Assembly (NCBI GenBank): GCA_051532055.1
Contig: JAOPTX010000015.1
Coordinates: forward strand, 85,041-149,040
Reading direction: 5' to 3'
Length of the DNA stretch: 64,000 bases
Source: Fibrobacterales bacterium
GTDB lineage: Bacteria; Fibrobacterota; Fibrobacteria; Fibrobacterales; JAOPTW01
This document shows, in pieces, positions 28,139 to 39,205 of the stretch (the stretch's first letter is position 1; each line of letters opens with the position of its first letter). The position numbers and the translations under genes were made by a program. Under the pieces are notes generated by a model, which was not told the origin of the DNA, made no database searches, and saw only the letters and a list, made by a program, of their open reading frames with translations.

Positions 28139-31100
28139 AATTTCCTATATTCCAAAAACACCATGACCAGAAATGATAGTTGTAACTAATACCGGCACTG
28201 GGGATGTACTCATCTTTTGTTGCTGACTCATCAAAGCCATCTGTCTTTTCGGGGTCATCAATGTTGGTGTCCCACGAGACTTCTCCATCGAGTGAGAGGT
28301 AGCCTTTTGAGGGCGATTCAGGAGTTTTATCACTACTGTTATCGAGAACGGGTAATATATAATAGCTTCCTACTACTTTGGGGTTTTGCGTTCCAGAATT
28401 ATTAAATGTATATCCTGCAAACAGAGAAAGGTCGGGACTTTCAAGTGGGTAGAGTGTTGCTTTTATAGTAGCGCCTTCATCAGTATATTTTAGGTCTAAT
28501 TCAGTATTGAGTTGTTCTTTAATTTTGGGGTTTATCCATTTTTTCCCTTCGCGAACGGCTAGGTTAATAATGTCGTTTGTGCCAATTTCATCAAAGCTAC
28601 TTGCACAGTCAGCCATAAGTGTAGCAAATAGACTGCTTGCAGAAAAGTCAGACTGTTGTTGATGGCAAGCATCGGATGCAGTATGGCTGAGTTCCAAATT
28701 ATTTATTTCTCCTTTGATAGACATAGAGATATTACACTTGTCTTCATTGTCTTTATCTTGTAGAAGGTCAGTCTGTTGACATTGCTCAAAATACTTGTTA
28801 AAATCAACAGTAACTTGGCCTTCACTAATACGCTGATTATCCCATTTGACCATAACATTAGTTATTTCATAATTGGCATCAAGAAAGGTTAGGTTACCAT
28901 TGTCAATTGATGTGATGTCACCAGATAGAATAGGGGAAATTGTCGTTCCTCGTATGGATAAATTGACGGTGTAGGGGAAGGTGGGATAATTTGTTTTTAC
29001 CCAGAGGGAGTCAGTACCTTCATCTGAAATAGAAACATCAAGGTCGATAGGATAAAGACTGTTGTTCTCTTGCCTTTGATTTGCAGTTGCCTGTATAAAT
29101 CGCTGAATATTAAAAACATCAGAAATACCAAGTTCTGGGAAGTTTTGTTGTTCGTAGATTATTTTCCGAGCATTTGCACTGCCGCTGATTAGATGGTTTT
29201 CTTCTGCATCGCCACTTTTGTGTATTGGTATTACATAGGATAGATTGATATCACTTAAAATACTTTTAGTTTTGCCATAAGTAGGGTCATTGTAATAATA
29301 GGAGCTCTCTTCACTTTGGAGGGCGATGAAGGGGTAGCTCTCGTCGGGTGTGTAGGAACCAGTTACCTTTTCCATTACGACAAAGTGGCTATCAGTCATT
29401 GGATAAGTAAATGACCGGGATGCAAAGGTCAAACCGGTCAAAAATTGTGAAGCAAAAATATTGCCATCAAGGGTGAACTTCAATGATTCGCCCACGTGAT
29501 TAATGAGAATTCCATTTGGAATAGAAACAATAGAATCTTGTAAATTTAAGTCAAAAGAGAAAGGGAAGAAGTATTCTCCATTTTGTGTATAGTTACCTGA
29601 AGCATTATTCAGTGTGACCTTGGGTAAGTGAGTCTCGTTATTTAAGGTAGAACTAAATGTCGCTTGGATATCACTCTCAGTGACCTGTCCTATGGAGTTG
29701 GGGAGGGCCCATGGGCCGTTGATAGAAAAATCACCAGTAATATTTTGTTGAGAATCTATTGTGCTATTCAAAACAAAGAGTCCACCTTTATCAGGAACAA
29801 TTGCACAGGAAAGCTTTTTTTGATCTCCAAAAATAGATTGTATATCAATAGCTAATTCACTGTCCCATTGATTGAGTTGTCCCATCTTTATCCTTGCAGA
29901 CACTTGTAACTTATCATTGAAGCCATCTACGGTTATACGAGGAACAGAGAATAACTCTGAAGGGTAGTTTTTTAAGGTAATATCTTGAAAACGAAGCGAG
30001 CCGTCAACACCAGATTTGTTCGAATAGGAACTTGAGCCATTAAGAGTACCTGACGTTATTGCGCCATCGAGAAATGCATCAGAAAAAGTGGTTAAGTCAA
30101 AATTATCTACTTGTATGGCTCCTTCAACGAGAGAGAGATTCAAGAAGTTTCCATTGGGGTTGTCGGCTATCCCATTGAGATTGAGGGTATTTGACTTATG
30201 AGTTATAGTGAGTTCTGTAATGCCAACGGAATCTCTAAAGAAGTCAACTTTAGAGGCGAGGTAAAGAGGTGCATTGTTGACAATTGTTTGATAGAGGACT
30301 GTAGCACTTCCTGTGGTATCATAGGATTTCATAATCCAAGTACCTGTGATTGATCCACCAAATGGTGCCAATAGGGCGGTATCAACAAGGGGGATTTGTT
30401 TAAGAGTAAGTTCAGATACTGTAATACTATAATTGGCATCAAAGTCGGAATAAAATTGAGCAGAGCCATTGCCATCAGTTATTACTTCTACTTTAACAAA
30501 TTGATCATAGTCTACCCAAGACACTTCGCCTTTGAATTGGTATCGGGAAGTTCCAGAGACAAAGCGAGAATCATAAAACTGTAATCCTTCGGAATCAATG
30601 GTAAAGTTACAGGCCATAAAGTCAGCATAGGTGTTGTATGTATAGGGAGTGGACGTGTGTACTGAAATATTGGCGGCACCTTCAAAAAAGTGCCCAGTAA
30701 TTCGCGAAGGCCTAATTTTAATATTGTCTTGTGTCCATGCAAGGGCCCAAGGTTCTTCAGGGTTAACTGATGCTTCGAAAATAATATCCGGGCGTCCTTT
30801 AGTGTCAATAATCATTTGACCGGTAATGAGGCTTTTAGTAGGAGTGAGTACTGAGAAATCATATTTTGATTTAGAGATATCTCCAGAGAAAAGAATTGAA
30901 GGGCTATCCATGGTTTGAGTAATTGAACCAAATTCGATAGTACTCCCCCGTATTGAGGCTTTAATCGCAAGGTCATTATTTTCAACACTTCCATCGAGAT
31001 CAATAGACTCACCTTTTGAGCCTTTGCCCGCAAGGGTGAAAAGTACAGTATCAGGCAATAGGGAAACGGTGCCATTCCAAGATGTTCCTGTTGCTGGCCA

Positions 31101-31949
31101 GTAGGCAGTAGTATTCAATGAGGTGGAGAGTACTCCGGTAACTAATAAATTTCTCGCATCAAATTGTAATGCACCCTCAAACTGTATGTCATAAAGACTG
31201 TCAAGAATATCGGGGAGGTAGGGAATTAATTTTGGAGTGAGTTTTAGGAGTTGCTCACGTTTATGGAGGAGGCCATTGGTTTCAAAGGTAAAGAGTTTCA
31301 TATTGGTTTTAGGGCTCGTTGCTGAAGCGTTGACATATGTTGCCTCTGAGTGCATGGCTCCAGTATATCGCACTACTCTTTCGTCATTCCAGCTCATTTG
31401 CCCTTCGAGGGACCCGGAATAGAAGTTCGTGTGGGCGTTGAGTGAGTCGGCTGTTGCTATAAGTGTTTTGGCATTCAGGTTTTCAGCTTGAGTTCCATAT
31501 ATTGAGATAGTATCCGATCCATTAAAAATTTGGAAAAAAGGAACACTTGCTTTACAATGAAGAGGGATAGAAAAATCGGGTAATGGAGTTTCACTTGTGA
31601 GGTAGTTGCTATCAATGGTCGATGATGTTATATCGAGAAAACCATGAGGACTTTCTAAGGAAACGAATGGTTGCCCACCAAAGCCAAACGAGAGTGGTGT
31701 AATGTGTGCAACAGGCTTGTCAATAGTAAGGAGTAAGTCAGGACCGGTAACCATAAATGCTTCAGCAGTAAAACTGAGGAGTGATGTAAATTGGAAATGA
31801 TCTGCGGTGATAGTATATTCACCAATAGTTACAGGATCCTTAAGGCGTTTAGTGACCCAAGTTTTCAATACAAAGGGAGAAAGCAGGAGAACCAATAAAA
31901 CAACAAGTTTTATTGATAAGAGTGTTTTGACAATAGGATTTTGAATCAT
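28128..31949 (-). CDS. TamB/AsmA-like large periplasmic protein
   Basis: N-terminal TM anchor, 1273 aa beta-rich, LSIRGT..SPILSGDI segment, overlaps the Omp85 gene. Confidence 0.65.
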   Translation of the reverse strand: MIQNPIVKTLLSIKLVVLLVLLLSPFVLKTWVTKRLKDPVTIGEYTITADHFQFTSLLSFTAEAFMVTGPDLLLTIDKPVAHITPLSFGFGGQPFVSLESPHGFLDITSSTIDSNYLTSETPLPDFSIPLHCKASVPFFQIFNGSDTISIYGTQAENLNAKTLIATADSLNAHTNFYSGSLEGQMSWNDERVVRYTGAMHSEATYVNASATSPKTNMKLFTFETNGLLHKREQLLKLTPKLIPYLPDILDSLYDIQFEGALQFDARNLLVTGVLSTSLNTTAYWPATGTSWNGTVSLLPDTVLFTLAGKGSKGESIDLDGSVENNDLAIKASIRGSTIEFGSITQTMDSPSILFSGDISKSKYDFSVLTPTKSLITGQMIIDTKGRPDIIFEASVNPEEPWALAWTQDNIKIRPSRITGHFFEGAANISVHTSTPYTYNTYADFMACNFTIDSEGLQFYDSRFVSGTSRYQFKGEVSWVDYDQFVKVEVITDGNGSAQFYSDFDANYSITVSELTLKQIPLVDTALLAPFGGSITGTWIMKSYDTTGSATVLYQTIVNNAPLYLASKVDFFRDSVGITELTITHKSNTLNLNGIADNPNGNFLNLSLVEGAIQVDNFDLTTFSDAFLDGAITSGTLNGSSSYSNKSGVDGSLRFQDITLKNYPSELFSVPRITVDGFNDKLQVSARIKMGQLNQWDSELAIDIQSIFGDQKKLSCAIVPDKGGLFVLNSTIDSQQNITGDFSINGPWALPNSIGQVTESDIQATFSSTLNNETHLPKVTLNNASGNYTQNGEYFFPFSFDLNLQDSIVSIPNGILINHVGESLKFTLDGNIFASQFLTGLTFASRSFTYPMTDSHFVVMEKVTGSYTPDESYPFIALQSEESSYYYNDPTYGKTKSILSDINLSYVIPIHKSGDAEENHLISGSANARKIIYEQQNFPELGISDVFNIQRFIQATANQRQENNSLYPIDLDVSISDEGTDSLWVKTNYPTFPYTVNLSIRGTTISPILSGDITSIDNGNLTFLDANYEITNVMVKWDNQRISEGQVTVDFNKYFEQCQQTDLLQDKDNEDKCNISMSIKGEINNLELSHTASDACHQQQSDFSASSLFATLMADCASSFDEIGTNDIINLAVREGKKWINPKIKEQLNTELDLKYTDEGATIKATLYPLESPDLSLFAGYTFNNSGTQNPKVVGSYYILPVLDNSSDKTPESPSKGYLSLDGEVSWDTNIDDPEKTDGFDESATKDEYIPSAGISYNYHFWSWCFWNIGNCDD

Positions 31950-32099
31950 CTAACGCTCATTGCTGTCCATAGTTCTACAACCAATTACATGCATTCTGTG
32001 CTGCTTCAAATGTAGTAATTTCTGATCTGAGAAGCTCTTATGGCATCTTATCTCTGCGAAAATTATATATTTCTAAATGGACCTTCTGCTCAGTAATAC

Positions 32100-32396
32100 A
32101 TGTATCCTCAGCAACAAAAAAGAAAAAAGCTTCCTCCGTTCTTAGCAATAGCACTCATGCATGAGCAGGGTGAAGAGGCTCCACCCAAGGTGATAGCTAG
32201 TGGGAAAGGGCTCATTGCTGAGCAGATGGTTGCAATTGCCAAAGAAGAAGATATCCCAATCCAAAAAGATGATGCGATGGCAGAAATGCTAAGTGAGCTG
32301 GAAATTGATGATTATATTCCCCCAGAGCTTTTTGAAGGTGTAGCAAAAGTATTGGCATTCATTTATAAAATCGACCGTAAAGTTGGCATGACTTAA
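32100..32396 (+). CDS. FlhB C-terminal-like stand-alone protein (EscU/YscU/HrcU switch family, YlqH-like)
   Basis: AIAL...PPKVIASGKG..AE...A....IPI...L..L.....IPPELF..VA.VLAFIY. Confidence 0.9.
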   Translation: MYPQQQKRKKLPPFLAIALMHEQGEEAPPKVIASGKGLIAEQMVAIAKEEDIPIQKDDAMAEMLSELEIDDYIPPELFEGVAKVLAFIYKIDRKVGMT

Positions 32397-32561
32397 AAGG
32401 CGTAATAAGATCAAATAAACAATTATCCGACTTATAATGAAACCATTCCATTTATGAGAAAAATGTATAACTTTGGGCTGAACAAATCCAATGTTGGATT
32501 AAATTCCGGAAATCCTAAAATTATACTAGTTTTCAAACATATCATAAGCTTTGGAGTGTAT

Positions 32562-33020
32562 ATGGGGTCGAATAGAGATGAGTCAACCTTTGTAATGATT
32601 AAGCCGAATGGCGTGAAGAATGGATTAGTTGGCCAAATAATTGACCGCTACCAAAAAGCACGTCTTGCGATCGCTGCAATTGACATAAAAAAAATGAGTC
32701 GTGATGAAGCGGCAAATTTTTACTCAGAACACAAGGGACGACCATTTTTTGACTCGCTTCTTGATTTTATGGCGGCAGAACCAGTAATTCAAATGGTTCT
32801 GCATGGCGAAAATGCTATTGAAGCTGTTCGCAAAATTAATGGTGCTACCAACCCTGATGAGGCTGAACCAGGTACAATACGATACGATTTTGCCCCTGGG
32901 GTTACTTTTAATGTTGTGCATGCATCTGATAGCGTAGAAAGTGCACAAAGAGAGATTGGGATTTGGTTTAAAGATGAAAATATGGTTTATTATGAACCAA
33001 AAAGTTTTATAACAACATAA
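32562..33020 (+). CDS. ndk: Nucleoside diphosphate kinase
   Basis: TFVMIKP, FYSEHKGRPFF, GATNP..AEPGTIR, NVVHASDS; ATG 32562 after GGAG. Confidence 0.97.
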   Translation: MGSNRDESTFVMIKPNGVKNGLVGQIIDRYQKARLAIAAIDIKKMSRDEAANFYSEHKGRPFFDSLLDFMAAEPVIQMVLHGENAIEAVRKINGATNPDEAEPGTIRYDFAPGVTFNVVHASDSVESAQREIGIWFKDENMVYYEPKSFITT

Positions 33021-33028
33021 GGAAACAC

Positions 33029-33724
33029 ATGGAAGCAACGAAAAAAAGTAGTGTTGCCTGGATAGGCACATATCTGACCTCGTCCGTAGGCAAAAAACAG
33101 ATAATGGCTGTTACAGGTCTAGTATGGATAGGGTTTCTCCTTAATCACATGGCGGGTAATATACCACTCATGTTTAGTGAGGAGGCATTTAATCGAGTTG
33201 CATATTTTTATGCATCAAATAAAATCCTAATGTATGGTGGTGAACTAGTACTTGGGTCTTTTATTCTTATTCACATACTTCTAGCAATTACTACTTGGGT
33301 ACAAAATAGAAAGGCACGTCCTGTTCGCTATGATGTTGTGAAACATTCTAGCGATGCTGGTATTGCTTCTTATACGATGATTTATACTGGTGTTATTATG
33401 GCAGTATTTCTTGTACTCCATATAAAAGCAATCAAATATGGCGATATGGGTATGGTTACCTATGACGGTGTTGAGATGGCAAATATGTATGCCCTCGCTG
33501 CAAGCCTTTTTGCTGACTGGACTTTTTCACTCTTTTATGCTGTTGCAATGGTAATGGTTGGACTTCATGTCTCTCATGCACTTCAATCAGCGGCCCAAAC
33601 ATTTGGATTGAATCACTCAAAATATTGGGGAATAATTCAAGGGTCGTCTAAGGCTCTTGGTTTGATTATTGGACTTGGAAATATTACTATCACAACCGTT
33701 ATGTTTATACAAGGAGCGAAATAA
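33029..33724 (+). CDS. sdhC: Succinate dehydrogenase/fumarate reductase cytochrome b subunit
   Basis: [18 protein letters not shown], several TM helices with heme His residues. Confidence 0.93.
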   Translation: MEATKKSSVAWIGTYLTSSVGKKQIMAVTGLVWIGFLLNHMAGNIPLMFSEEAFNRVAYFYASNKILMYGGELVLGSFILIHILLAITTWVQNRKARPVRYDVVKHSSDAGIASYTMIYTGVIMAVFLVLHIKAIKYGDMGMVTYDGVEMANMYALAASLFADWTFSLFYAVAMVMVGLHVSHALQSAAQTFGLNHSKYWGIIQGSSKALGLIIGLGNITITTVMFIQGAK

Positions 33725-35637
33725 TGCCATTGAACAATAGAGTTCCTGAAGGATCCATTGAAGATAAGTGGACCAAACATAAATTTAATATGAAGCTGGT
33801 CAATCCGTCAAATCGTCGCAAATATAAAGTACTCGTTGTGGGTACTGGTCTTGCAGGTGCATCGGGTGCCGCCTCTCTTGCTGAGATGGGTTATACTGTG
33901 GAGACATTTTGCTATCAAGATAGTCCTCGCCGTGCCCATAGTATTGCTGCTCAAGGTGGTATTAACTCAGCCAAAAATTATCCTAATGATGGTGATAGTG
34001 TCTATCGCCTCTTTTACGATACCGTTAAAGGGGGGGACTACCGTGCTCGTGAAGCAAACGTGTATCGTCTTGCTGAAATTAGTACGAGTATTATTGACCA
34101 ATGTGTTGCTCAAGGGGTTCCTTTTGCACGTGACTACGCTGGACAACTCGATAACCGTTCATTTGGTGGCGCACAGGTTTCACGAACCTTTTATGCTCGT
34201 GGCCAAACAGGACAACAGCTTCTTATTGGCGCTTATCAGTCATTGTCACGCCAAATTGGTAAAGGTGCTATTAAACACCATTCACGTATTGAAATGCAAG
34301 ACCTTGTTGTCGTGGATGGAAAAGCACGTGGAATTATTACCCGTCACATGGAAACTGGAGAGCTCGAAGCACATTGGGGTGATGCAGTAGTACTTGGAAC
34401 TGGTGGCTATGGTAATGTATACTATCTTTCTACTAATGCAATGGGCTGTAATGTAACGGCTACCTGGCGCGCCCACAAACGTGGTGCCTATTTTGCTAAC
34501 CCATGTTACACACAGATTCACCCAACCTGCATACCAGTAAGTGGTGAGCACCAATCAAAACTCACCCTTATGTCTGAGTCTCTCAGAAATGATGGACGTA
34601 TTTGGGTTCCTAAAAAGAAAGGTGATAGTCGAAAAGCAATTGATATTCCAGAAGAAGAGCGTAATTACTATCTCGAAGAGAAGTATCCGTCTTTTGGAAA
34701 CCTAGTACCTCGCGATGTTGCATCACGAAATGCAAAGATTGTGTGTGATGAAGGATATGGTGTTGGCCCAGGTGGACTTGGTGTCTATCTTGATTTTGCT
34801 GATGCCATCGAACGTTACGGCGAAGATGTGATCAGAGAAAAATATGGAAACCTCCTTCACATGTATGCAAAGATCACTGCTGAAGACCCTTATAAAGAGC
34901 CAATGAGAATTTATCCAGCAATCCATTACACAATGGGTGGGCTTTGGGTTGATTATCATTTGCAGAGTAATATTGAAGGGCTTTTTGTTATTGGTGAAGC
35001 AAATTTCTCAGATCACGGTGCAAATCGCCTTGGTGCGAGTGCATTAATGCAAGGTCTTTCTGATGGGTATTTTGTTCTTCCTTATACTCTTGGTGATTAT
35101 CTCGCAAACTCAGATCTTAAGAAAATTGATGAAACTGCACCTGAATTTGTTCAAGCAATGGCAGATACAAAAGAGCGAATAGAATCACTCTTTGCTATTG
35201 GCGGAACGAAAACTCCAAATGATTTCCACAAACGTCTGGGGAAAATCATGTGGGATAAATGTGGTATGGCTCGAAGTAAAGAAGGACTTGAATCTGCTGT
35301 TGAAGAGATCAAATCACTTCGTGATGAATTCTGGTCAGAGCTCAAAATGGTTGGTGAAAAAAATGGGGCGAATCCTATCGTTGAACTTGCCCTAAGAGTT
35401 GCAGACTTCTTAGAATTTGGTGAACTCCTTGTACGTGATGCGCTTAACCGTGAAGAATCGTGCGGTGGACATTTTCGTGAAGAGTCACAAACTAAAGAAA
35501 ATGAAGCGAAACGTAATGATGATAAGTTTGCCTATGTTGCAGCATGGGAATTTAAAGGGGTGGGTGAGAAGCCTGAACTTCATAAAGAAGACCTTACTTT
35601 TGATTATGTAAAATTCTCTCAAAGGAGCTATAAATAA
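33724..35637 (+). CDS. sdhA: Succinate dehydrogenase/fumarate reductase flavoprotein
   Basis: [44 protein letters not shown]. Confidence 0.97.
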   Translation: MPLNNRVPEGSIEDKWTKHKFNMKLVNPSNRRKYKVLVVGTGLAGASGAASLAEMGYTVETFCYQDSPRRAHSIAAQGGINSAKNYPNDGDSVYRLFYDTVKGGDYRAREANVYRLAEISTSIIDQCVAQGVPFARDYAGQLDNRSFGGAQVSRTFYARGQTGQQLLIGAYQSLSRQIGKGAIKHHSRIEMQDLVVVDGKARGIITRHMETGELEAHWGDAVVLGTGGYGNVYYLSTNAMGCNVTATWRAHKRGAYFANPCYTQIHPTCIPVSGEHQSKLTLMSESLRNDGRIWVPKKKGDSRKAIDIPEEERNYYLEEKYPSFGNLVPRDVASRNAKIVCDEGYGVGPGGLGVYLDFADAIERYGEDVIREKYGNLLHMYAKITAEDPYKEPMRIYPAIHYTMGGLWVDYHLQSNIEGLFVIGEANFSDHGANRLGASALMQGLSDGYFVLPYTLGDYLANSDLKKIDETAPEFVQAMADTKERIESLFAIGGTKTPNDFHKRLGKIMWDKCGMARSKEGLESAVEEIKSLRDEFWSELKMVGEKNGANPIVELALRVADFLEFGELLVRDALNREESCGGHFREESQTKENEAKRNDDKFAYVAAWEFKGVGEKPELHKEDLTFDYVKFSQRSYK

Positions 35638-36404
35638 TGAGTGCTACAATGAATCTCAAACTTAAAATATGGCGCCAAAAAGACAAAAACTCAAAAGGGA
35701 AATTTGAAGCATATGAAGCTAAAAATATCTCACCCGATATGTCTTTTCTTGAGATGCTTGACGAAGTGAATGAAGACCAAATCAAAACTGGTCAAGATGT
35801 CATAAAATTTGATGATGACTGTCGTGAAGGTATCTGTGGTATGTGTAGTCTGTATATTAATGGACGGCCTCATGGGCCAGAAAGTGGTACTACAGTGTGT
35901 CAGCTCCACATGAGAAGCTTTAATGATGGTGATATTATTGTAATTGAGCCGTGGAGAAGCGCTGCATTTCCTGCTTTTAAAGATCTCGCTGTTGATCGTT
36001 CTGCTTTTGATAGAGTGATACAAGCGGGTGGTTTTGTGTCAGTTAATACTGGTAATGCACCGTTAGCTGAAAACATTCCAATACCAAAACCTGATGCGGA
36101 CAAAGCATTTGATGCTGCTGCATGTATTGGGTGTGGTGCGTGTGTTGCAGGATGCCCAAATGCATCAGCAATGCTTTTTGTTGCAGCCAAAGTTTCTCAC
36201 CTTGCGTTGGTTCCTCAGGGTAAAGTCGAGAAAAAAGAACGTGTTCAAAGCATGATTGCCCAAATGGATGCAGAAGGATTTGGTAATTGCACAAACACTT
36301 ATGAGTGTGAAGCGTCATGTCCGAAAGAGATCTCTGTTGATAATATTTCACGTATGAACCGTGAGTATCTTATGGCAACATTGACATCAGGCATAAAAAG
36401 CTAG
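35637..36404 (+). CDS. sdhB: Succinate dehydrogenase/fumarate reductase Fe-S subunit
   Basis: [33 protein letters not shown]. Confidence 0.97.
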   Translation: MSATMNLKLKIWRQKDKNSKGKFEAYEAKNISPDMSFLEMLDEVNEDQIKTGQDVIKFDDDCREGICGMCSLYINGRPHGPESGTTVCQLHMRSFNDGDIIVIEPWRSAAFPAFKDLAVDRSAFDRVIQAGGFVSVNTGNAPLAENIPIPKPDADKAFDAAACIGCGACVAGCPNASAMLFVAAKVSHLALVPQGKVEKKERVQSMIAQMDAEGFGNCTNTYECEASCPKEISVDNISRMNREYLMATLTSGIKS

Positions 36405-36405
36405 T

Positions 36406-36921
36406 ATGCCAAATATTATTGGCTATAATGGTAATGAGCCAGTCCTTGGTGAGGGAGTATTTCTTGCCAAGGGTTCTCATATCATCGGAGCTGTTAAAAT
36501 AGGGACCGATTCGTCGGTCTTTTTTAATGCAGTGCTTAGAGCTGATATTAATTCTATTACTATTGGTGATCGTTCCAATATACAAGATAATTGCACATTA
36601 CATCTCTCAAATTCCCATGGGGTAAGTGTGGGAGATGAGGTAACCATCGGTCATAACGTAGTGCTTCATGCTTGTGAAATCAAAAATAATGTGACAGTAG
36701 GTATGAGTGCCACAATTATGGATCGTTCTATTATTAGTGAAGATTCAATTGTAGCAGCAGGGGCACTTATTCCTCCAGGGAAATCATTTCCACCTGGAGT
36801 ATTAATTGTTGGTGCTCCCGGTAGGGCGATTCGAAAGCTCACCGAAGAAGAGATCAAGGCCAACAGAGCTATGGCACTTAAATATGTTGATGTGAAAAAC
36901 AGTTATTTGGGAAGAAGGTGA
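36406..36921 (+). CDS. Gamma carbonic anhydrase family protein
   Basis: Hexapeptide repeats; LRADIN, NIQDNCTLH, IGHNVVLH. Confidence 0.93.
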   Translation: MPNIIGYNGNEPVLGEGVFLAKGSHIIGAVKIGTDSSVFFNAVLRADINSITIGDRSNIQDNCTLHLSNSHGVSVGDEVTIGHNVVLHACEIKNNVTVGMSATIMDRSIISEDSIVAAGALIPPGKSFPPGVLIVGAPGRAIRKLTEEEIKANRAMALKYVDVKNSYLGRR

Positions 36922-37895
36922 AACAGTATAAAGTAGGTTTTTTGATCAACCCCATATCGGGTGGAGGTCAAGGGAAGGTTATTGCACGGTTTCTCCACGA
37001 AATAATGCGTTCATTTGCATATGATGAAAATGAATGGGTATTTGAATTCACAAAAATCGATGGGATGCAAGATCAAATAGAAGCAATGATCTCTCACTGT
37101 ACCAAAATAATTGCGGTTGGTGGTGATGGCACTATGAGTGTTGTGATGCAAGCCTTACTCAAGGCACAAAGTTCGAATGTTTATGCAGGGCTTATACCTC
37201 TGGGAACTGGGAATGACCTTGCTCGAATTCTTGGTATATATCGAAACTATACCAATCGAGGCTTACTCAATACCATTCGTAAACTATTAAGTTCTGAAGC
37301 ACATGTATTTGATTTGTGGATGGTTAATAACGCCTTTACGCTAGCAGCATATTATTCCATTGGAGTAGATGCAAAAACAGCACATAATTTTGATGTGCTC
37401 CGGAAAAAAGGGAATGTGATTTGGAGCACTCCATTAACTAATAAATTGTATTACTTCTTTTTTGGTATTAAAAATAGAGGGTACAAAATCCCATCTGACA
37501 CTACTTTAACTTTTAAATCAATTCAAGGCGAGTATCAAGAAATGGATGTATCAGGTTATACCTCACTCATAATTGGTAATATTGGGTCTTATTCTGGAGG
37601 GGCAAAACCTTTTATAGACTCTGATTTCGCTGATGGATATCTTGAAATTATTCCAGTAAAGAGTATGTTTCATCTACTCCTAGTGCTGGCCTCTGGTCGG
37701 GTACCACTCATTAAACAGATATTTAATAAAAAGCTTATTAAATGTTACCATGCGTCTTCAGTGCGTGTAAAACAGACAAAACGTAATTTCACTCAAATTG
37801 ATGGAGAGGCAGTAACAACTGCAATGCGTCATATGAAAAATGTTGATATTACTCACGCAGGTAGGGTAAACCTTCTCTCGATTGAGTCGTTATAA
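36918..37895 (+). CDS. Diacylglycerol/lipid kinase family protein, eukaryote-like motifs
   Basis: NPISGG, GGDGT, PLGTGNDLAR, YYSIGVDA, NIGSYSGG, DGYLE, QIDGE. Confidence 0.9.
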   Translation: MKQYKVGFLINPISGGGQGKVIARFLHEIMRSFAYDENEWVFEFTKIDGMQDQIEAMISHCTKIIAVGGDGTMSVVMQALLKAQSSNVYAGLIPLGTGNDLARILGIYRNYTNRGLLNTIRKLLSSEAHVFDLWMVNNAFTLAAYYSIGVDAKTAHNFDVLRKKGNVIWSTPLTNKLYYFFFGIKNRGYKIPSDTTLTFKSIQGEYQEMDVSGYTSLIIGNIGSYSGGAKPFIDSDFADGYLEIIPVKSMFHLLLVLASGRVPLIKQIFNKKLIKCYHASSVRVKQTKRNFTQIDGEAVTTAMRHMKNVDITHAGRVNLLSIESL

Positions 37896-37903
37896 GTAAT
37901 CTG

Positions 37904-39079
37904 TTATTCCATCGCTTTTTGAACAACAGCAACGTTGTCAAGAAGTTTAATATTACGTTGTGGATAATGAACTTGATGTATCAGTATTGATGCAGTTACT
38001 TGGCGCGCTTGAATGATAATTCCTGAAGCGACTATTCGTGGAGAAAGACCGGCTTTATTCTTGTGTTCGAGTATATGGATGGCATCGCCTGGGTGAAAGC
38101 CGTCTTTAGTACCTCGATTGATTGCTATCCAGTTGTGAAATTTCACATAGTTACTTTCATCAAAGATGTGAACAACAGAAGCCATCTTCTGAGTGTCAAT
38201 ACTCTCAACTGGTTGGTAAAAATTGACATACCTTAGTGTTTGTGGAGTGTAAACACGAGCACGGCTATGTATAGGGGATATAGGACCAAATGCTGATACT
38301 ATTTGTGCCCTGGAATTAGTATCACTGATTGACTTGACAATAGCTAATCCAATCGGTTTAACTGCCGTAAAAAAGACTGAATGGGTTTTTGAAAATAAAA
38401 TGGGATAGCGGTCGGCATTATGGGTAAAGAGTTCAATGGTATCGCCACGAGTAAGACCGTCTATTGATCCAGCATGAAGAACAAATTCTTCATTGTTTTT
38501 CAAAAGGAGGCCACTACTTTGTAACTCTGGTGATATTCTAAATTCAGTTGAATATGTTCTATAGTCTGAATAAGGCTTTTCTAAAAATGGCGCTTGTCTC
38601 TGGAGTGCTTGTTTGAGAATACGCGGCTGGGGACGATACGCTAATGTATCGGGTATTTCACTTTTAAGAATATTTAATGCATCTTCTTCTTCAATATAGT
38701 TTTCACCAAGGGGGCCAAGTCTATTGATAAAATTTTCGTGGAGGCGCTCTTTAATTCCTCTACCATTAAATTGTATCCCCTTTGGAAGAGTGTCAGGTTC
38801 AGGAGTCTCTTCAGTATAATCTTCTATTGGAGCGTCTGCAATGGATTCTAATTCCAGTTCTTCTGGTACTGGTTCTCCATCTAATGTAATCTCATCACCG
38901 GGATAGATTACATGAGGATTTTCAATGTGAGGGTTGTTTTCCCAAATGATACCCCATTTAAATGGGTCGTTCAGTACTGAATCACTCAGGTCCCAGAGCG
39001 TATCACCCTCTTTTACAACATAGGCAAATAGGAGAGGAGTTATAAGTGCAGTAATATACACTGTACGACGCAAAGACAT
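37904..39079 (-). CDS. LysM domain secreted protein (TsaP-like architecture)
   Basis: Signal peptide; YVVKEGDTLWDLS...W..NPHIENPHVIYPG; C-terminal INRG..DG..PGD. Confidence 0.8.
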   Translation of the reverse strand: MSLRRTVYITALITPLLFAYVVKEGDTLWDLSDSVLNDPFKWGIIWENNPHIENPHVIYPGDEITLDGEPVPEELELESIADAPIEDYTEETPEPDTLPKGIQFNGRGIKERLHENFINRLGPLGENYIEEEDALNILKSEIPDTLAYRPQPRILKQALQRQAPFLEKPYSDYRTYSTEFRISPELQSSGLLLKNNEEFVLHAGSIDGLTRGDTIELFTHNADRYPILFSKTHSVFFTAVKPIGLAIVKSISDTNSRAQIVSAFGPISPIHSRARVYTPQTLRYVNFYQPVESIDTQKMASVVHIFDESNYVKFHNWIAINRGTKDGFHPGDAIHILEHKNKAGLSPRIVASGIIIQARQVTASILIHQVHYPQRNIKLLDNVAVVQKAME

Positions 39080-39151
39080 GAATAACCTGATAATAGAGTT
39101 TATTACTGATAATATAACTATTAATGGGATAAGTAAAGAAAAATAGCCAAT

Positions 39152-39184
39152 AAAAAAGCCCGATATTCAGTGAATATCGGGCTT
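39152..39184 (-). terminator. Intrinsic terminator after gpmI
   Basis: AAGCCCGATATTC-AGT-GAATATCGGGCTT with A run on + strand. Confidence 0.85.
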
Positions 39185-39205
39185 GAAAGGGCAATGTGTT
39201 TTCAA

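Noticed and set aside
33836..34390. 184-aa alternative-frame ORF inside sdhA, and similar short antisense or overlapping ORFs in the track
   Set aside because: Shadow ORFs of well-supported genes, with no motifs or independent start signals
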